A stretch of DNA of 64,000 nt, from positions 1,551,676 through 1,615,675 of the forward strand of contig BCGN01000004.1 in the NCBI GenBank assembly GCA_001599295.1, read 5' to 3'. Shown piece after piece: positions 36,678 to 49,036 of the stretch (position 1 is the stretch's first letter; the number at the start of each line of letters is the position of its first letter). The notes beneath the pieces were generated by a model that was not told the origin of the DNA, made no database searches, and saw nothing but the letters and a program-made list of their open reading frames with translations. A program made the position numbers and the translations under genes. The stretch is from Sporopachydermia quercuum. Lineage: Eukaryota.

Positions 36678-39600
36678 ATGTTTGCTTACAAATCATTGAC
36701 AGAACCTTCATTGGTTTCCGAGAGCGTTTCGTGTAGATTACTACTACCTGGAGAAGAAAATATAGTAATAGCNAAAAACAACCTCCTACAGATATTCGAT
36801 ATAGTAGAAGCAACAGATATAAATGATACCGGTGATATCAATGAATACAACAACAATGAAAATAGCTCCAATCCAGCAAACATAGAGGACGTCCTACGTC
36901 ATGAAGATTCATTTATCAACAATGAAGTTGAAATGATTCGAACGGCAGAAGTATCGGCTAAAAAGATGAGATTCATTAAACAAATCTATCTCAACGGAAT
37001 TGTTAGAGGTATCNAAACGATAAAAAGACAAGCTAATTCTCAATTGGACTATTTGATCGTTTTGTTTCAACATGCAAAGATTTCTATCTTAGGATGGAAC
37101 GATGAATTGAATGATATCGAAACAATCAGTATGCATTATTATGAGAAAAGTTTGATGGAGTACCATTTCAGAGATTTAGATAATTTCAAGTCAAAGCTGA
37201 TAGTAGAAGAATCAGGAGAATGCTCGTGTTTATTATTTGATCCTGACCAGTTTGCTTTTCTACCTTTTCATCAGTCTGAAAATCTAGAAGGTGATTCTAC
37301 TGCTTTTCATGATGATGACTTGACATTTCACGATATTACTGACAATGGAGACGCGAGTGCCAATGATGTGAAGAATGGTACTGGTGATAAGGATACCAAT
37401 GAAAATGGCACCAGCAATGGTGACAATACAACTTATTTTGATGAGGATGAATACGCCACGATGAAACCTCTATTCAAGCCTAGTTTTATCGTCCCTGGAG
37501 CAAAACTAGACGAAGCTATTTCTCACGTGCTTGACGCTGAGTTCTTATACGACTATCGAGAGCCGACACTAGCTATTATGTTTCAACCTAAAAGAACTTG
37601 GACCGGGAACATCACACGAGTCAAGGACAATGTTAGATTTCTCGTTTTATCACTAGATCTTGAAAACAGATCTTCCACAGCTATTATATCTTGTACAGGT
37701 CTACCTTACGATCTGTCTGAAATAATTCCTTTACCTGCTCCTATAGGAGGCTCATTACTATTAGGAGCCAACGAAATAGTACACATTGATACTTCCGGGA
37801 AACCAAGAGGGGTAGCTGTTAATGAATTTGCAACTTTAGGATCAGATTTCAAAATGGCTGATCAGAGTAATCTTCATTTAAAACTTGAAGGGTCAAAAGC
37901 TATTGCTTTAAATGATAATTCTGGTAAAGTTCTACTTATCACTGACGATGGATTGTTACATTTAATAGAGTTCAATATAGATGGACGTTTAGTAAGAGGT
38001 TTCGAAGTATCAAAATTACAAGATAGTCGTGGTGGAGATATTAGAATTCCTGGCCCCACTACTTTATCATTAGTAATGGATAGAATGCTTTTTGTTGGAT
38101 CCTCTCTGGGTGACTCTTTCCTGTTAGGTTGGAAATATGAGGGCGAGACTTCTGCTAATGATAAACAAGAACTTATATCTGCTGATGTATCTCAATCAAG
38201 AAAAAGCTCATCTATTGCTAATGGGCATGAAAGTAGCAACCTTGACGAAGATGATATTTATGGAGATTTCGATACTATGGAAGACGAAATGTCACATGCT
38301 GAGTTTCGTAATGATTCATTAGCACCCAAGAAAGTCATATTCTATGTTAACGACAGACTCATATCCAGTGGTCCAGTGTCAGACTTTTGCTTCGGCTATT
38401 CAAGAACAAGACATGTTTCAGGGTATTCAAACCCATCTTCTGGTTTATTGGATATAGTATCTAACACTGGTGTAGATAATAACAGTAGACTAACTATTAC
38501 TAATGAATGTATCAAGCCAAGAATCAACGCTGCTATGAGGTTTGATAATTATGACAAACTGTGGACATTGCCTTTACTACAAGCAGGACCTGAACATCAT
38601 TTGCTTGCAGGTAAAGGTAAAACTAATGAAGATAATGCTATAGCTGAGGTCTTACATGAATATTTGATTATCAGCTCCTCAACTAATAAACAGTCTGATA
38701 TTTTCACTATTGATGACTTCAATTTCAAACCTTTGAACAACAGTGGTTTTATTAAGAATGCTCAAACCTTACAATGTGCTACCGTCCTAGATAACAGCTA
38801 TGGAATTCAGGTTACAAGCAATAAGATTATGCTATTTGAAGGAAGATTCAAACAGGTTGTATCCGTGAGTGTCCCTACTGAAAATAGCAGCAATAATGAT
38901 GATTATGTAGTATCATCGGAAATCATTGACTCATATATTCTCATTCTAACTGCCTTGAGGAAAGTTGAATTACTAANTGTTGGATTTAACGCGTCAAAAG
39001 GAAGACCATCGGTAAGACGAGTTAAATTGAATGATCAATTGAGGAGCTTGAACATTGTTGATGGTTCATTTACAAGGTTGAATTTACTGAAGAATGTTAG
39101 TAAATCCAATGGTGTTAAACGCAGTGCCGATGGTAGAGCTGTTACTACCAATGATAAGAATGCATCTATCGCTGCAACTAATAATGATAGAAGTTCACAC
39201 ATATCTACAGAATCTCAACCTACATTGCTGTTAACTACTGATAAGGGTACTATGATCACAGTATCATTGGCAGACCCCAAATCTCTCTTCTATATGAACA
39301 AGCTATCCAATTTAGCTTCACAACTAAGAATTTCTCCTATCTATGAACCAAAAGAAACATCGGATATAGATAACGATGAGCCGACTATCAAACAAGTGCG
39401 TCTAGCGACTATTGGTGATGAAATCTCTTCAGAAGACTATCTGATTGTTCTAACTACTGGTGGCCAAGTATTCATCTACCATGTCTATTCCTACAATAAT
39501 AGCTATAGATTTGGCATAGAAACAGATCTACCGTTATTAGGCACACCTAAAGACGAAGTTGAATGCAATATCAACATTTTACCCGATTTATCGGGTTATT

Positions 39601-41072
39601 CCACAGCTTTCATCACTGGTAAAAGAACACTGATGATTGTTAAATCTCATCAAGGACCTCTTAGAATAATCAATTTCACCAAAACATGGTTCAAAGATCT
39701 TGCTGGTTTCAACACTATCAATTCTGTTGATAATTTCGTTTCTATTGATAGTAAATCAATTCTTAGAGTCGGTGATATACCTAATCAGTATCACTTCAGC
39801 AATAAGCTACCCTTCATCAGAACAGAATTCCTAGGAGAGTCAATCAAAAACATTGCATATCATGAATCTGCTGATGTGTTTGCTATAACTACATATAAGA
39901 AATTGCCATATGATCCATTAAATGAAGATGGAACCTCCATTCCTGGTGTCATTGATGGTTCTACTTCTTCTTATACTTATCAAGGGTCATTGAAGCTCAT
40001 CTCTCCTTATAATTGGAAAATCATTGACGAAGTTGAGTATAGTAAAGATCATATACCGATGGCCATGAAATCAGTATTACTACAGGTTTCTGCTAAATCC
40101 AAACAGAAGAAAGAATTCATTGCAGTTGGAACTAGTAATTATAGAACAGAAGATTTAGCAGGAAACGGATCATTTCATCTTTATGACGTAGTAGAAATTG
40201 TTGCTGATAGAAATCAGCCAGAGAAGAATCGTAAATTCAGATTTATTGTTAAAGAAATCGTGAAAGGAGCCGTGACAGCTTTAACTGATGTGAGCGGTCG
40301 ATTGCTTGTTGCTGAAGGNCAAAAGGTAATTGTCCGGGATTTACAGGAAGACAATACCACAGGACCAGTTTCTTTCTTGGATCTAAATTTGTTTGTATCT
40401 GAAGCCAAAAGTATGGGAAATCTATTGATACTAGGTGATGCTATGAAGTCTATATGGTTTGTTGGTTTTGATGCCGAACCTTACAGAATGCTTTTGTTCA
40501 GTAAGGATTTGAAGAAAGTTGAAGTATCATGTGCTGACTTTTTAGTATCAGATGGAAATACGTACTTTTTGATTGGTGATTCAACTAAGCTGCATTTATT
40601 ACATTATGATCCAGAGAATTCTGCTTCGGTCAATGGATCAATTTTGATTCGTAAAGCAGAGTTTTATCTTGGAGTAAGATCTCAAGCACTGAAACTTATT
40701 CCTAAGGCTAATAACGAAAACAATAATAATGAAGAACAGTCTATTCAAAGTATGGGCGTGACTGTTGATGGTAGGTACTATTTGGTTACACCATTACCAG
40801 AATCCTCTTATCGACGATTGAATGTTATACATCAACAGATAATAGATAAAGAAGCTCATGCAGCAGGATTGAATCCCAGAGCCTTCCGGTTGGCCTCATA
40901 TCCAATTTCATTCAATCAGTCAGCCACTGGACGTCATATACTTGATTTTGATCAACTGAGAAGATTCAATACCATTTCTTCTGCCAGAAGACGGATTATG
41001 GGTAGGAAGATTGGTAGAACAAGCTACGAGTATATATGGAAGGATTTACTAGATGTTGAGCAATCCTTTTAG
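36678..41072 (+). CDS. CFT1: Cleavage/polyadenylation factor Cft1 (CPSF160)
   Basis: Motifs TISMHYYE, FLYDYREPTLAIMF, GLPYDL..IIPLPAPIGG, GDAMKSIWFVGFDAEPYRM, AGLNPRAFR. First ATG at 36678 (MFAY). Confidence 0.93.
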   Translation: MFAYKSLTEPSLVSESVSCRLLLPGEENIVIXKNNLLQIFDIVEATDINDTGDINEYNNNENSSNPANIEDVLRHEDSFINNEVEMIRTAEVSAKKMRFIKQIYLNGIVRGIXTIKRQANSQLDYLIVLFQHAKISILGWNDELNDIETISMHYYEKSLMEYHFRDLDNFKSKLIVEESGECSCLLFDPDQFAFLPFHQSENLEGDSTAFHDDDLTFHDITDNGDASANDVKNGTGDKDTNENGTSNGDNTTYFDEDEYATMKPLFKPSFIVPGAKLDEAISHVLDAEFLYDYREPTLAIMFQPKRTWTGNITRVKDNVRFLVLSLDLENRSSTAIISCTGLPYDLSEIIPLPAPIGGSLLLGANEIVHIDTSGKPRGVAVNEFATLGSDFKMADQSNLHLKLEGSKAIALNDNSGKVLLITDDGLLHLIEFNIDGRLVRGFEVSKLQDSRGGDIRIPGPTTLSLVMDRMLFVGSSLGDSFLLGWKYEGETSANDKQELISADVSQSRKSSSIANGHESSNLDEDDIYGDFDTMEDEMSHAEFRNDSLAPKKVIFYVNDRLISSGPVSDFCFGYSRTRHVSGYSNPSSGLLDIVSNTGVDNNSRLTITNECIKPRINAAMRFDNYDKLWTLPLLQAGPEHHLLAGKGKTNEDNAIAEVLHEYLIISSSTNKQSDIFTIDDFNFKPLNNSGFIKNAQTLQCATVLDNSYGIQVTSNKIMLFEGRFKQVVSVSVPTENSSNNDDYVVSSEIIDSYILILTALRKVELLXVGFNASKGRPSVRRVKLNDQLRSLNIVDGSFTRLNLLKNVSKSNGVKRSADGRAVTTNDKNASIAATNNDRSSHISTESQPTLLLTTDKGTMITVSLADPKSLFYMNKLSNLASQLRISPIYEPKETSDIDNDEPTIKQVRLATIGDEISSEDYLIVLTTGGQVFIYHVYSYNNSYRFGIETDLPLLGTPKDEVECNINILPDLSGYSTAFITGKRTLMIVKSHQGPLRIINFTKTWFKDLAGFNTINSVDNFVSIDSKSILRVGDIPNQYHFSNKLPFIRTEFLGESIKNIAYHESADVFAITTYKKLPYDPLNEDGTSIPGVIDGSTSSYTYQGSLKLISPYNWKIIDEVEYSKDHIPMAMKSVLLQVSAKSKQKKEFIAVGTSNYRTEDLAGNGSFHLYDVVEIVADRNQPEKNRKFRFIVKEIVKGAVTALTDVSGRLLVAEXQKVIVRDLQEDNTTGPVSFLDLNLFVSEAKSMGNLLILGDAMKSIWFVGFDAEPYRMLLFSKDLKKVEVSCADFLVSDGNTYFLIGDSTKLHLLHYDPENSASVNGSILIRKAEFYLGVRSQALKLIPKANNENNNNEEQSIQSMGVTVDGRYYLVTPLPESSYRRLNVIHQQIIDKEAHAAGLNPRAFRLASYPISFNQSATGRHILDFDQLRRFNTISSARRRIMGRKIGRTSYEYIWKDLLDVEQSF

Positions 41073-41469
41073 CTGAATGAAGTTGAAAATAGAATAGTGA
41101 GATAGATGGTTTCTTTATAATGATTTGATAATGTTGTAGATGATTTTGCTAATCCTTTAGAGGAATAATGATGAGCCAAGCTTCTTATTGTATTCTATAA
41201 TCAAGAAATCAAATCATAAAATTTTACGTAATCGAAAATCTGTCTGTATTTAATATCACCTAATCAAATATTAATCCGCATTTAGCATAATGTCCGATAT
41301 AAAATCATCCTTAGTAAAACGGAAACCTTTCAAACACGACAGGCTTTACTTTTTATTCATTATCCAAGCTATAGGTCATATAACAAGCCAAATTTTTTTC
41401 TTTTTTTGATGCCAAATTCTCTTATAAACACATACTAATCCTCAGTAAGAAATCTATTCTTTAGTCAAC

Positions 41470-42162
41470 ATGAGTCTAAAAAAACGTGTCAAGTGGGGAG
41501 ATCAAACATCTCCGGCCTCTGGATCTCCTCCGAGCTCAGCATTGACCCATGAACCTCTTCCAAATACTGGTTTACTATTCACAGTATTACCTATAATAAC
41601 AGTACCTTTAATGTTCTGGCTNGACATCACGGAGCCAGAGAAAACAGTTTCAGCATTAGTAGCTACACTATTCGTTACTACAGCACTTCAATTCACCCAT
41701 GGAGTATTGTATCTAACACCTAATAAGACAAAAAAGAAAGGTAAGGCTAACAATTCATCGACAACATCTAGTGCCATCATTGCTTTGGTGCTAGCTTTCA
41801 CATTAGCTATACCAGTTTATATTGCATTTGTTCTAATGGGTGCTCCAATAGCTACATTTTTTCCACATACATTTCTTATGGCTTGCCATTTTGCTGTGCT
41901 TAATTTGTATCCAATAATTTTGGTATTCAATGTACCATCTGAAAAATGGTTGGATGGATTGATTGGATTTCAACATGAAGTGATGGTTCTTGGAAGTGCA
42001 TCGACCATTGGAGCATGGATTGGGACTATTCCTATTCCTTTAGATTGGGATAGACCTTGGCAGAATTGGCCAATTACAATATTGGTTGGAATTTATGCTG
42101 GTAGGTTGTTAGGTGTTCTAGTAGTTTTATTAACGAAGATTGCTAAGAGTAAATTGTTATAG
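41470..42162 (+). CDS. GPI11: GPI anchor biosynthesis protein Gpi11 (PIG-F)
   Basis: Hydrophobic membrane protein with VLMGAP and GAWIGTIPIPLDWDRPWQNWPI. Confidence 0.92.
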   Translation: MSLKKRVKWGDQTSPASGSPPSSALTHEPLPNTGLLFTVLPIITVPLMFWXDITEPEKTVSALVATLFVTTALQFTHGVLYLTPNKTKKKGKANNSSTTSSAIIALVLAFTLAIPVYIAFVLMGAPIATFFPHTFLMACHFAVLNLYPIILVFNVPSEKWLDGLIGFQHEVMVLGSASTIGAWIGTIPIPLDWDRPWQNWPITILVGIYAGRLLGVLVVLLTKIAKSKLL

Positions 42163-42187
42163 ATTAGAAATAGCGTAAGAAAATGGG

Positions 42188-42243
42188 ATATAATTATAGA
42201 ATCATGTAAAAGGATATATAATTATAGTATCATGTAAAAGGAT
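42188..42243. repeat. 28-bp tandem duplication downstream of GPI11
   Basis: ATATAATTATAG(A/T)ATCATGTAAAAGGAT twice, one mismatch. Confidence 0.85.
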
Positions 42244-42680
42244 AATTGTATTACAGTATGATGCACGTTTGATCTAATGGTTATCCGTGATGCTTATCAT
42301 AAGGTACTACGCGTTCTTGTTCACCTTCAATCAGAAATGCAGGTTTCATATAGTAGCAGTATACTTATAATTTGACCAATAAACTATACATAAAACAAAT
42401 GTATAAGTATATTTGGTATTAGGCTAAAATCTGATTGTTGGCAATTATTGCTACTTAATGCCTAGTGGGTAACTGTTTAATTATTAAATGAAAACTGATC
42501 CTGCAGTAAAGTAAGATTTCTATTGNAAATTCTCTGTAATCCGTGTCGTAATTATATCGTAAAATAAACTTCGTATATCTATCTCCCGTAATTCATTCAT
42601 TTATTCATTAATTCATTTCGTTGTTATTAAACATTACCTTATAGAACTCTTTTCAAATAACCCCTAATTGACCTTCAGGC

Positions 42681-45005
42681 CTATGACTTACTATGATTAC
42701 TATTATACCGTTTAACCATCTCATCAAGCTGCGATACTAATTTCAATAGTTTCTTTCTCTGTTCATGAGCACAGTCCAATCGATAAACCCTAATATTCCC
42801 ATTCACATCTCCAGTAACAATAATTTCTCCTTTATCAAATGACTCAGACTCGTCAACCTCACTGTGAATATCTGCGTCCTCCAACTGACTCTCTGCTAAG
42901 ACATCAAACGGTTTNTTCTTTTGTTCATCTGACTCTACTTCCTTCAGCAATTCTTCTAATCGTGCTTGATGTGCATAATACCTGCTAGTACAAAGATCAT
43001 ACAGTGGATCATCAGTAGCTCTTAAAAGTTCTCGGGTTTTCTCAGGAGCAAATATAGAACATGTTACAACCGATCCTTCACCTCGGAAAGACTCACTAGA
43101 ATCAGTTCTGTACCTGGCTGTGGAAGAAGCATTCGAGTGAAAAAGCGAGGAGTTGCCGTTCTCTGGGGATTCATTAGGATATGCTGGTAATATATAAACG
43201 CGCCCATCATCCGATCCACATACTATATCTTCTCTACGTGAATTAAAGGTAGCGGCAATTTGTTTGGAATCATTTTTTGGTCCAGAATACTTCACTTCCA
43301 ATTCTCCTTTGGAATTATATAGTCTGATTCTTGAGTCGTTAGTTGTTATGAGAGCCATGTATTCATTATCCGGTACTTCATTCTTATCTTCTGAACCAGC
43401 AAACTTTACAAGTTCCTTCTTATAAACACATTGGATTCCTGTAATCTTCGCACCTTTACTGTTTTTCCCTCTTGCGGAACAGACTTTAAAGACCGATCGT
43501 CTTTTAAATCCAGTGTTGCTTATTGAAAATATATAACAAAGTCCTTTGAAAGTACCTACTAAACATTCATTTCCAGAAGGGGAAAAAGAAACTGCAGTTA
43601 CGAAATCGGATACTTTTTGGGTTGCCATTTCTTCATGAGTTTCAATAAACCACAGCTTTATTGTTGCATCGAGTGATCCTGATAAGAAGAACCTATCGTC
43701 TTTTGGATGGAACATTACTGAAGTGACAAACTCATCATGCTCATATGTGTGTAAACACTCTCTGAAGTCCAAATGCCATAATTTAACAGTGCAATCCATT
43801 GATGAGCTAAGCAAGAAGTTGTTCTTAGACCACGAAATGTCAAGAATATCGCCAGTGTGACCTTCAAACTCTGCAACAGGTGCATTCCAGAACACAGGAG
43901 CATATAAATCGTGAGACGAATCATCAGGGTACGAATCATCAGACGAGAAGCTCTGTCTAGACACAGTGATTGGAGATACTGTTAGCGAACTGAGTCGTGT
44001 ATCCTTGGCCGATACATTTGAAGACTTTCTGGAAAGTGAACCATCATAATTTCCTTTAGTTGAACCATGACTTCTTTGTTGGCAGGCATATACCTCCTCA
44101 AGTTGTTTCCTCTCCGAGCGAGTCGTTATGACTTTCCATATTCTAATGATTCGGTCTTTTCCCGCCACAGCAAGATACTTTCCATCTTTAGAGAATTCCA
44201 TCTTCCAAATAGCAGCATCTTCACCCGAGAAGCCGGAATTTGACGATTCTGAGTTCACATTTATAGCAGATGATGCTTCAAATGAATCAGAGTCCCAAGT
44301 AGGTGCATCTACTATTCGGACTCTTCTCTCTCCATTTGAGCCATTCAAAGTTGGGAACTGACCTTGGCTGTGAATTTGGTTCTGTTGAATATCAATAGGA
44401 AAAGAAGAAGCCGAGAATGAATGGTGGAATTCTGCTGGAGCCACAATTTTTCCAGTATAAGTGTTAAAAGCTTCATTCCATTCATCTAAACCAGTTTGAC
44501 TAGGATGTAGAAACTCTTGCGCTTTAAACAGATATTTATAAGCACGATGACCAGGTTTATTACGCTTCATAACTTTTTTATACCTTTTCGGTTCCGCCGG
44601 TGAGATTATGGAGGATATATTATTGTTGCTTTCTGCCGAGATTAGAGAATTAGCATAATGGATTAGAGCCGCCGAACCTGGCATTGCTAAATTAATAGGA
44701 GCTAAAAGTTTTAGAATTGGACTGAGAGCAGATAAAGAAGTTCTCGCCAGTCTTTGAGAAGTTGTTGAACTACTCGTATTAGTCCTCTTGACTACTGGCG
44801 ATACGTTATTTGACATATCATAGGGTACTTTACTATGTCTACCACTTACCGAGAAGACCGAACTAGACTGTGGTGAGGACGTTGGTTGACTCGAGTTCTC
44901 TGCAGGAATATTAGAGCTTGAAAAATCTACTTTAACACCGCTTAGAGGTGTTGTAAGTGTACCTCCAATAAGACTTTCTGAGCCATTTGATGACAAAGTG
45001 TCCAT
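42681..45005 (-). CDS. WD40 protein, WDR44 / yeast Laf1(YMR102C)-Dgr2 family
   Basis: Motifs AIWKMEFSKDGKYLAVAGKD, FEGHTGDILDISWSKNNFLLSSSMDCTVKLW, FVTSVMFHPKDDRFFLSGSLD, LITTNDSRIRLY. Confidence 0.82.
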   Translation of the reverse strand: MDTLSSNGSESLIGGTLTTPLSGVKVDFSSSNIPAENSSQPTSSPQSSSVFSVSGRHSKVPYDMSNNVSPVVKRTNTSSSTTSQRLARTSLSALSPILKLLAPINLAMPGSAALIHYANSLISAESNNNISSIISPAEPKRYKKVMKRNKPGHRAYKYLFKAQEFLHPSQTGLDEWNEAFNTYTGKIVAPAEFHHSFSASSFPIDIQQNQIHSQGQFPTLNGSNGERRVRIVDAPTWDSDSFEASSAINVNSESSNSGFSGEDAAIWKMEFSKDGKYLAVAGKDRIIRIWKVITTRSERKQLEEVYACQQRSHGSTKGNYDGSLSRKSSNVSAKDTRLSSLTVSPITVSRQSFSSDDSYPDDSSHDLYAPVFWNAPVAEFEGHTGDILDISWSKNNFLLSSSMDCTVKLWHLDFRECLHTYEHDEFVTSVMFHPKDDRFFLSGSLDATIKLWFIETHEEMATQKVSDFVTAVSFSPSGNECLVGTFKGLCYIFSISNTGFKRRSVFKVCSARGKNSKGAKITGIQCVYKKELVKFAGSEDKNEVPDNEYMALITTNDSRIRLYNSKGELEVKYSGPKNDSKQIAATFNSRREDIVCGSDDGRVYILPAYPNESPENGNSSLFHSNASSTARYRTDSSESFRGEGSVVTCSIFAPEKTRELLRATDDPLYDLCTSRYYAHQARLEELLKEVESDEQKXKPFDVLAESQLEDADIHSEVDESESFDKGEIIVTGDVNGNIRVYRLDCAHEQRKKLLKLVSQLDEMVKRYNSNHSKS

Positions 45006-47749
45006 CACTATAACATTTACTTATGATTTTGCTTTATCAGCCGCCAGTCCGAGAAATTGACTACAACTAGAGGGTTGTTCATTTAATTCTGCGAGCGATA
45101 AAAGAAATATTCATAATATTTGCTGTTTTATCTTTAATATAGATTTTCCAATAACGAGCCTCTTATTCCTGTTGATACATATATTTCTTTTTTTCGATTA
45201 TGCCTGTCACTGACGATGAGGCTGACGAGTAAACTAACACAGTGTGGTTCAAATATCCAATAGTTAATGAGCTAGTAAACTCTGAATTTAGATCAAAGAC
45301 ATAAAACGATTATATCGATATTTCAAGCTGGTATGAAAATTATTGAATAGTCAACTATAGCAAGCAATTCTCACTGTAATAGTCATTGAGAAGAAGAAAA
45401 AAGTTGAGAACAGATTGAAGAAGAGATCAGCAATAAGGAAGATGCTGATGTAAACGGCAAATAAAATAATGTCACAAATANTAAATGTCTGGAGTTTAAC
45501 AACAGTACAAAGCAAAGAACAGGGTGAACCTAAATATACTTAAGGGATAGTAAAGTTTAGTGCTGTATAAATAATTTAAAAGTACGTGAAAGTTTAATTT
45601 CTTCAATCGACTGTTGCTTATTAAAATGAGCCCAAGGAGAAATAGCCAACCAGAAAGATCTGATTGCTGAATTCTTGGAAGTTGTACCTGAATGTAGTAG
45701 TTTCATAAAAATTATCAAGTTGTAAATTCTATGTTGTTCAGATAATCAAAGTTAGTGTCAAAGGCTTATTCATTTATTATTTTTGTCCCTAGAAAATTGG
45801 AGATAAGGTTTCAAAGTTAATGAAGTCCATTTCTGAAAAACGAGGTTCGACCAGTTTACACGAAATTTATCATTATGAAGAACAATCAATATGTAATAAA
45901 TATACATATATATAATTACTATACACAAATATTTAAACCAGGGTAAATGTAAAGAATCTTTTACAAATAAATACACAGCGTTTTATAGGTGCTTTTCATG
46001 CCAATCTCTCCGTCAACAAATATCTTGATGAATGCAATTAGTAGATTAAAGTTAAACGGTATTTTACCTGGTTCACTAGCGGCTGATTTAAGTAATCCAA
46101 TGCTTCAACATCCAAACCAAACAGACATCTTATCGGCATTCTTCGATCTATTGAGTAAAATGATATGAGAGAATAAGTGAAAAGGCACGAGTCAAATGAC
46201 CGATATTTTATTTGAAGTAAAAGTGAGAGTACATTAGAGATATTATCGACAACCATCATGATTTGTGAATTTTTAAAGATCCTATTAACTAGATTGGGGT
46301 TTCCGGTTAGGAAAGACTGCTGTTTCACTCTGAACCAGTAATAAGCAAGTTGTTTCCTCTGTTCGTAGAATACCTTCAAGTATTTTTATCCAATGTGATT
46401 TGTATAATGAACAGAATTTCAATACTTGAACTATAGGGTCAGATTTTCCATATGATGGTGCTTTGAATTGGTTATATGATCTATTCAATTAGTTATTCTT
46501 TCAACATCTTGGCTTTGATACAACATACTCTAATACCCCCTCAAGAATTTGATGTTATACCAGAGGGATCAATTAGTTGTTGATTTCAACCCCCAAATAA
46601 TGATGTCGGCATTTAATCTTGCACTTTATAAGTATAACTTTTAGCCTTTAAAAATGCAATTATACAACATCTGAAAGGCTGTCATGTCCAGCTGAAAAGT
46701 GCAAGCAAGTAGAGCTCTTTCAGGCATGCACTTACGCAAAAACCAAGAAACAAGCGTTTATGACAGTTTGTCATAATTATAATATACAGAGATCAACAAA
46801 AGATTTAGTTCAAATTTGAGAAGATCAAATTCGAAAATGCATTTCTGTTAATCTTGTGAAGAACATGCAAGGTGCAACAGCTAAACGCCTTTGATCCGTA
46901 CCTGAAAGGAGATTTATAGTCAAGATATTATTAACTATAATAACCTGTCTTATCTTGGAAACTTACTACTCCTTCATCTAATTTCCACTTGAGTTCTGTG
47001 CAACATCCCTATTATTTTCAACTAATTTCAAACGGGTTATAGGTTTCATATTGATGAATGAGACAGCCATGGATATCAATAATCCAATGATTATGGTTTT
47101 TGACAAAACAATCCCCAGCCTTCACTGAAATTAAGGTTGTTGAAAGACTCTAGTACAACCTGTTTACAGTTAAGTTATCAAATCTTATTTTATTTAAGCT
47201 ACTTTAAATTTTTCCGTACAATCAATCCCTCGGAACAAATATGATGATCATGTAATCTTCCAGAGAAAGATTGAAAAAGATTGCTGAAAATTGTGAAAGT
47301 GCGCCTGCACTTTCTAACCAAAAATTGTAAAATATAAAAAGCTTACTTTGTTATAGATTCTGCTAGGTTGTTACAAGTCGCATTCACTAGTAAAACAAGA
47401 ATCTCTTTGTCAGAGACGCCAAGCACTGACCATGACACCACCGAAGTTGTTGAAGGATGAGATAGTTTTAGATTATGTAATTGATATTACATCACCGAGT
47501 TCAAGCATAGTGTTTTCGTTTACGTAATTCATTAATACTCTGATAGTTACTTTCTGATTATATCATCACAAAACTTAGTGATCCCTGTTTATTCCTCCAA
47601 TTAGACGTTTACGCTTCTCGAACATCTTATCATCTTCAAAGCATTGTTCTTTTATGACGATTAACTAAAAATTCATATGCACAATGCATTACATTTATAA
47701 CTGCGTCACAAGCCTAAATTGTCTGTCTTATCCTGTAATCTTTTGCAAA

Positions 47750-48913
47750 ATGATGTCCAAGCGCATAATACCAAGCCTAAGTCTAAGGCTAGGGAGATCT
47801 TATGCTTCTATTTCTCAAACACCATCATCATCAAATCCATCATCAGACAACATAGCCAATGTATCTGAAGCAGTCACAGCTATTCCAACAGTCACAGGAG
47901 CTGGTCCTTTTGCTGATCAGCCAAAGTTTGAAGTATTAGGAAACCCTGCATCATTATTATCAGTTTCTTTACCTGCATCTTCTACGTTATATACCCGACG
48001 AGGTTCAATACTTCTAATCAATGGTGATTTGACAGACTTGGTAACTCAATTATCTGTGAAAGCTTCACATGGAATTGTGGGTATCCCATTGGTATATCAA
48101 AAAGTTCTAGCTGTTTCACCAGTATCAGTTTTGATATCTGGTGCCAAAAAATCATACCAAGAATCATATGCTGTCATCAACCCATCTCCTGACACAGCTT
48201 GGATCTTACCCTCGAGAAGAGCACTTTTAGCGTGGGCTGGTGCTGGAATATCTGTTGCTCCATTAAAAAGAACTTTTGGCACAGTTTTCAGTCGCCATGC
48301 ATATAAAATTGGACATTCTAATCTAGTCATCTCAGGCAAAGGCTCAGCAGCTGTTTCTGGATCAGGACAGCTATTTCAAATTGTTTTGAAAGAAGGTGAC
48401 GAATACACGATTCATCCCAAATCCCTATTAGCTCACTCTGTCCCAATTACTGACGGAAATATCAATTATGAAGTTGCTGGTGAGTTTTCTAAAATTTCAC
48501 ATATAACCAAACCTGAGTTCAATATACCTCTAGTATCACTATGGGAGAAGGTAAAACTATTCTACAAAAATGCTGGTAGTAAAAAGCAATTAGAGCTTGA
48601 AGCTGAAGAGGAAAAGAAATACAATGATTCTGTAGCTGAAGCTGAGAAACTAGCTACTGAAATCAAACAGAAGGATAAAACCGTCGAGGTTGAAGTCATT
48701 CCTCCAACTAAAAGTGTTAAATATGGTCCTGTAATAACATCGTGGTTTGCTGATACTTGGATCTCATTCAAACAGTTTTTTAGATGGGTCATATGGGGTG
48801 ATGATGTTTTTTATAAGGTAAAAGGCCCTGCAACTTTGATTGTTCAGTCTGAGTTCACTCCAAGTGATAGACTTGCTTCTCCAAAGGAACTAGATCAACT
48901 TTTCACTAAATAG
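47750..48913 (+). CDS. AIM24: Mitochondrial protein Aim24
   Basis: Presequence-like MMSKRIIPSLSLRLGRSYAS; PKFEVLGNPASLLSVSLPASSTLYTRRGS; C-terminal FYKVKGPATLIVQS. Start placed at the ATG at 47750. Confidence 0.8.
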   Translation: MMSKRIIPSLSLRLGRSYASISQTPSSSNPSSDNIANVSEAVTAIPTVTGAGPFADQPKFEVLGNPASLLSVSLPASSTLYTRRGSILLINGDLTDLVTQLSVKASHGIVGIPLVYQKVLAVSPVSVLISGAKKSYQESYAVINPSPDTAWILPSRRALLAWAGAGISVAPLKRTFGTVFSRHAYKIGHSNLVISGKGSAAVSGSGQLFQIVLKEGDEYTIHPKSLLAHSVPITDGNINYEVAGEFSKISHITKPEFNIPLVSLWEKVKLFYKNAGSKKQLELEAEEEKKYNDSVAEAEKLATEIKQKDKTVEVEVIPPTKSVKYGPVITSWFADTWISFKQFFRWVIWGDDVFYKVKGPATLIVQSEFTPSDRLASPKELDQLFTK

Positions 48914-49036
48914 AATTCCACGCTTATCTCTTAAGTTCATATTTTGTATATGTTTACATGAATAAAAATTTGATAACTTATTAATTAGTTGGTAACTTAT
49001 AAATATTATTCATTCTCGAGCGACTTCCCATAGTCT

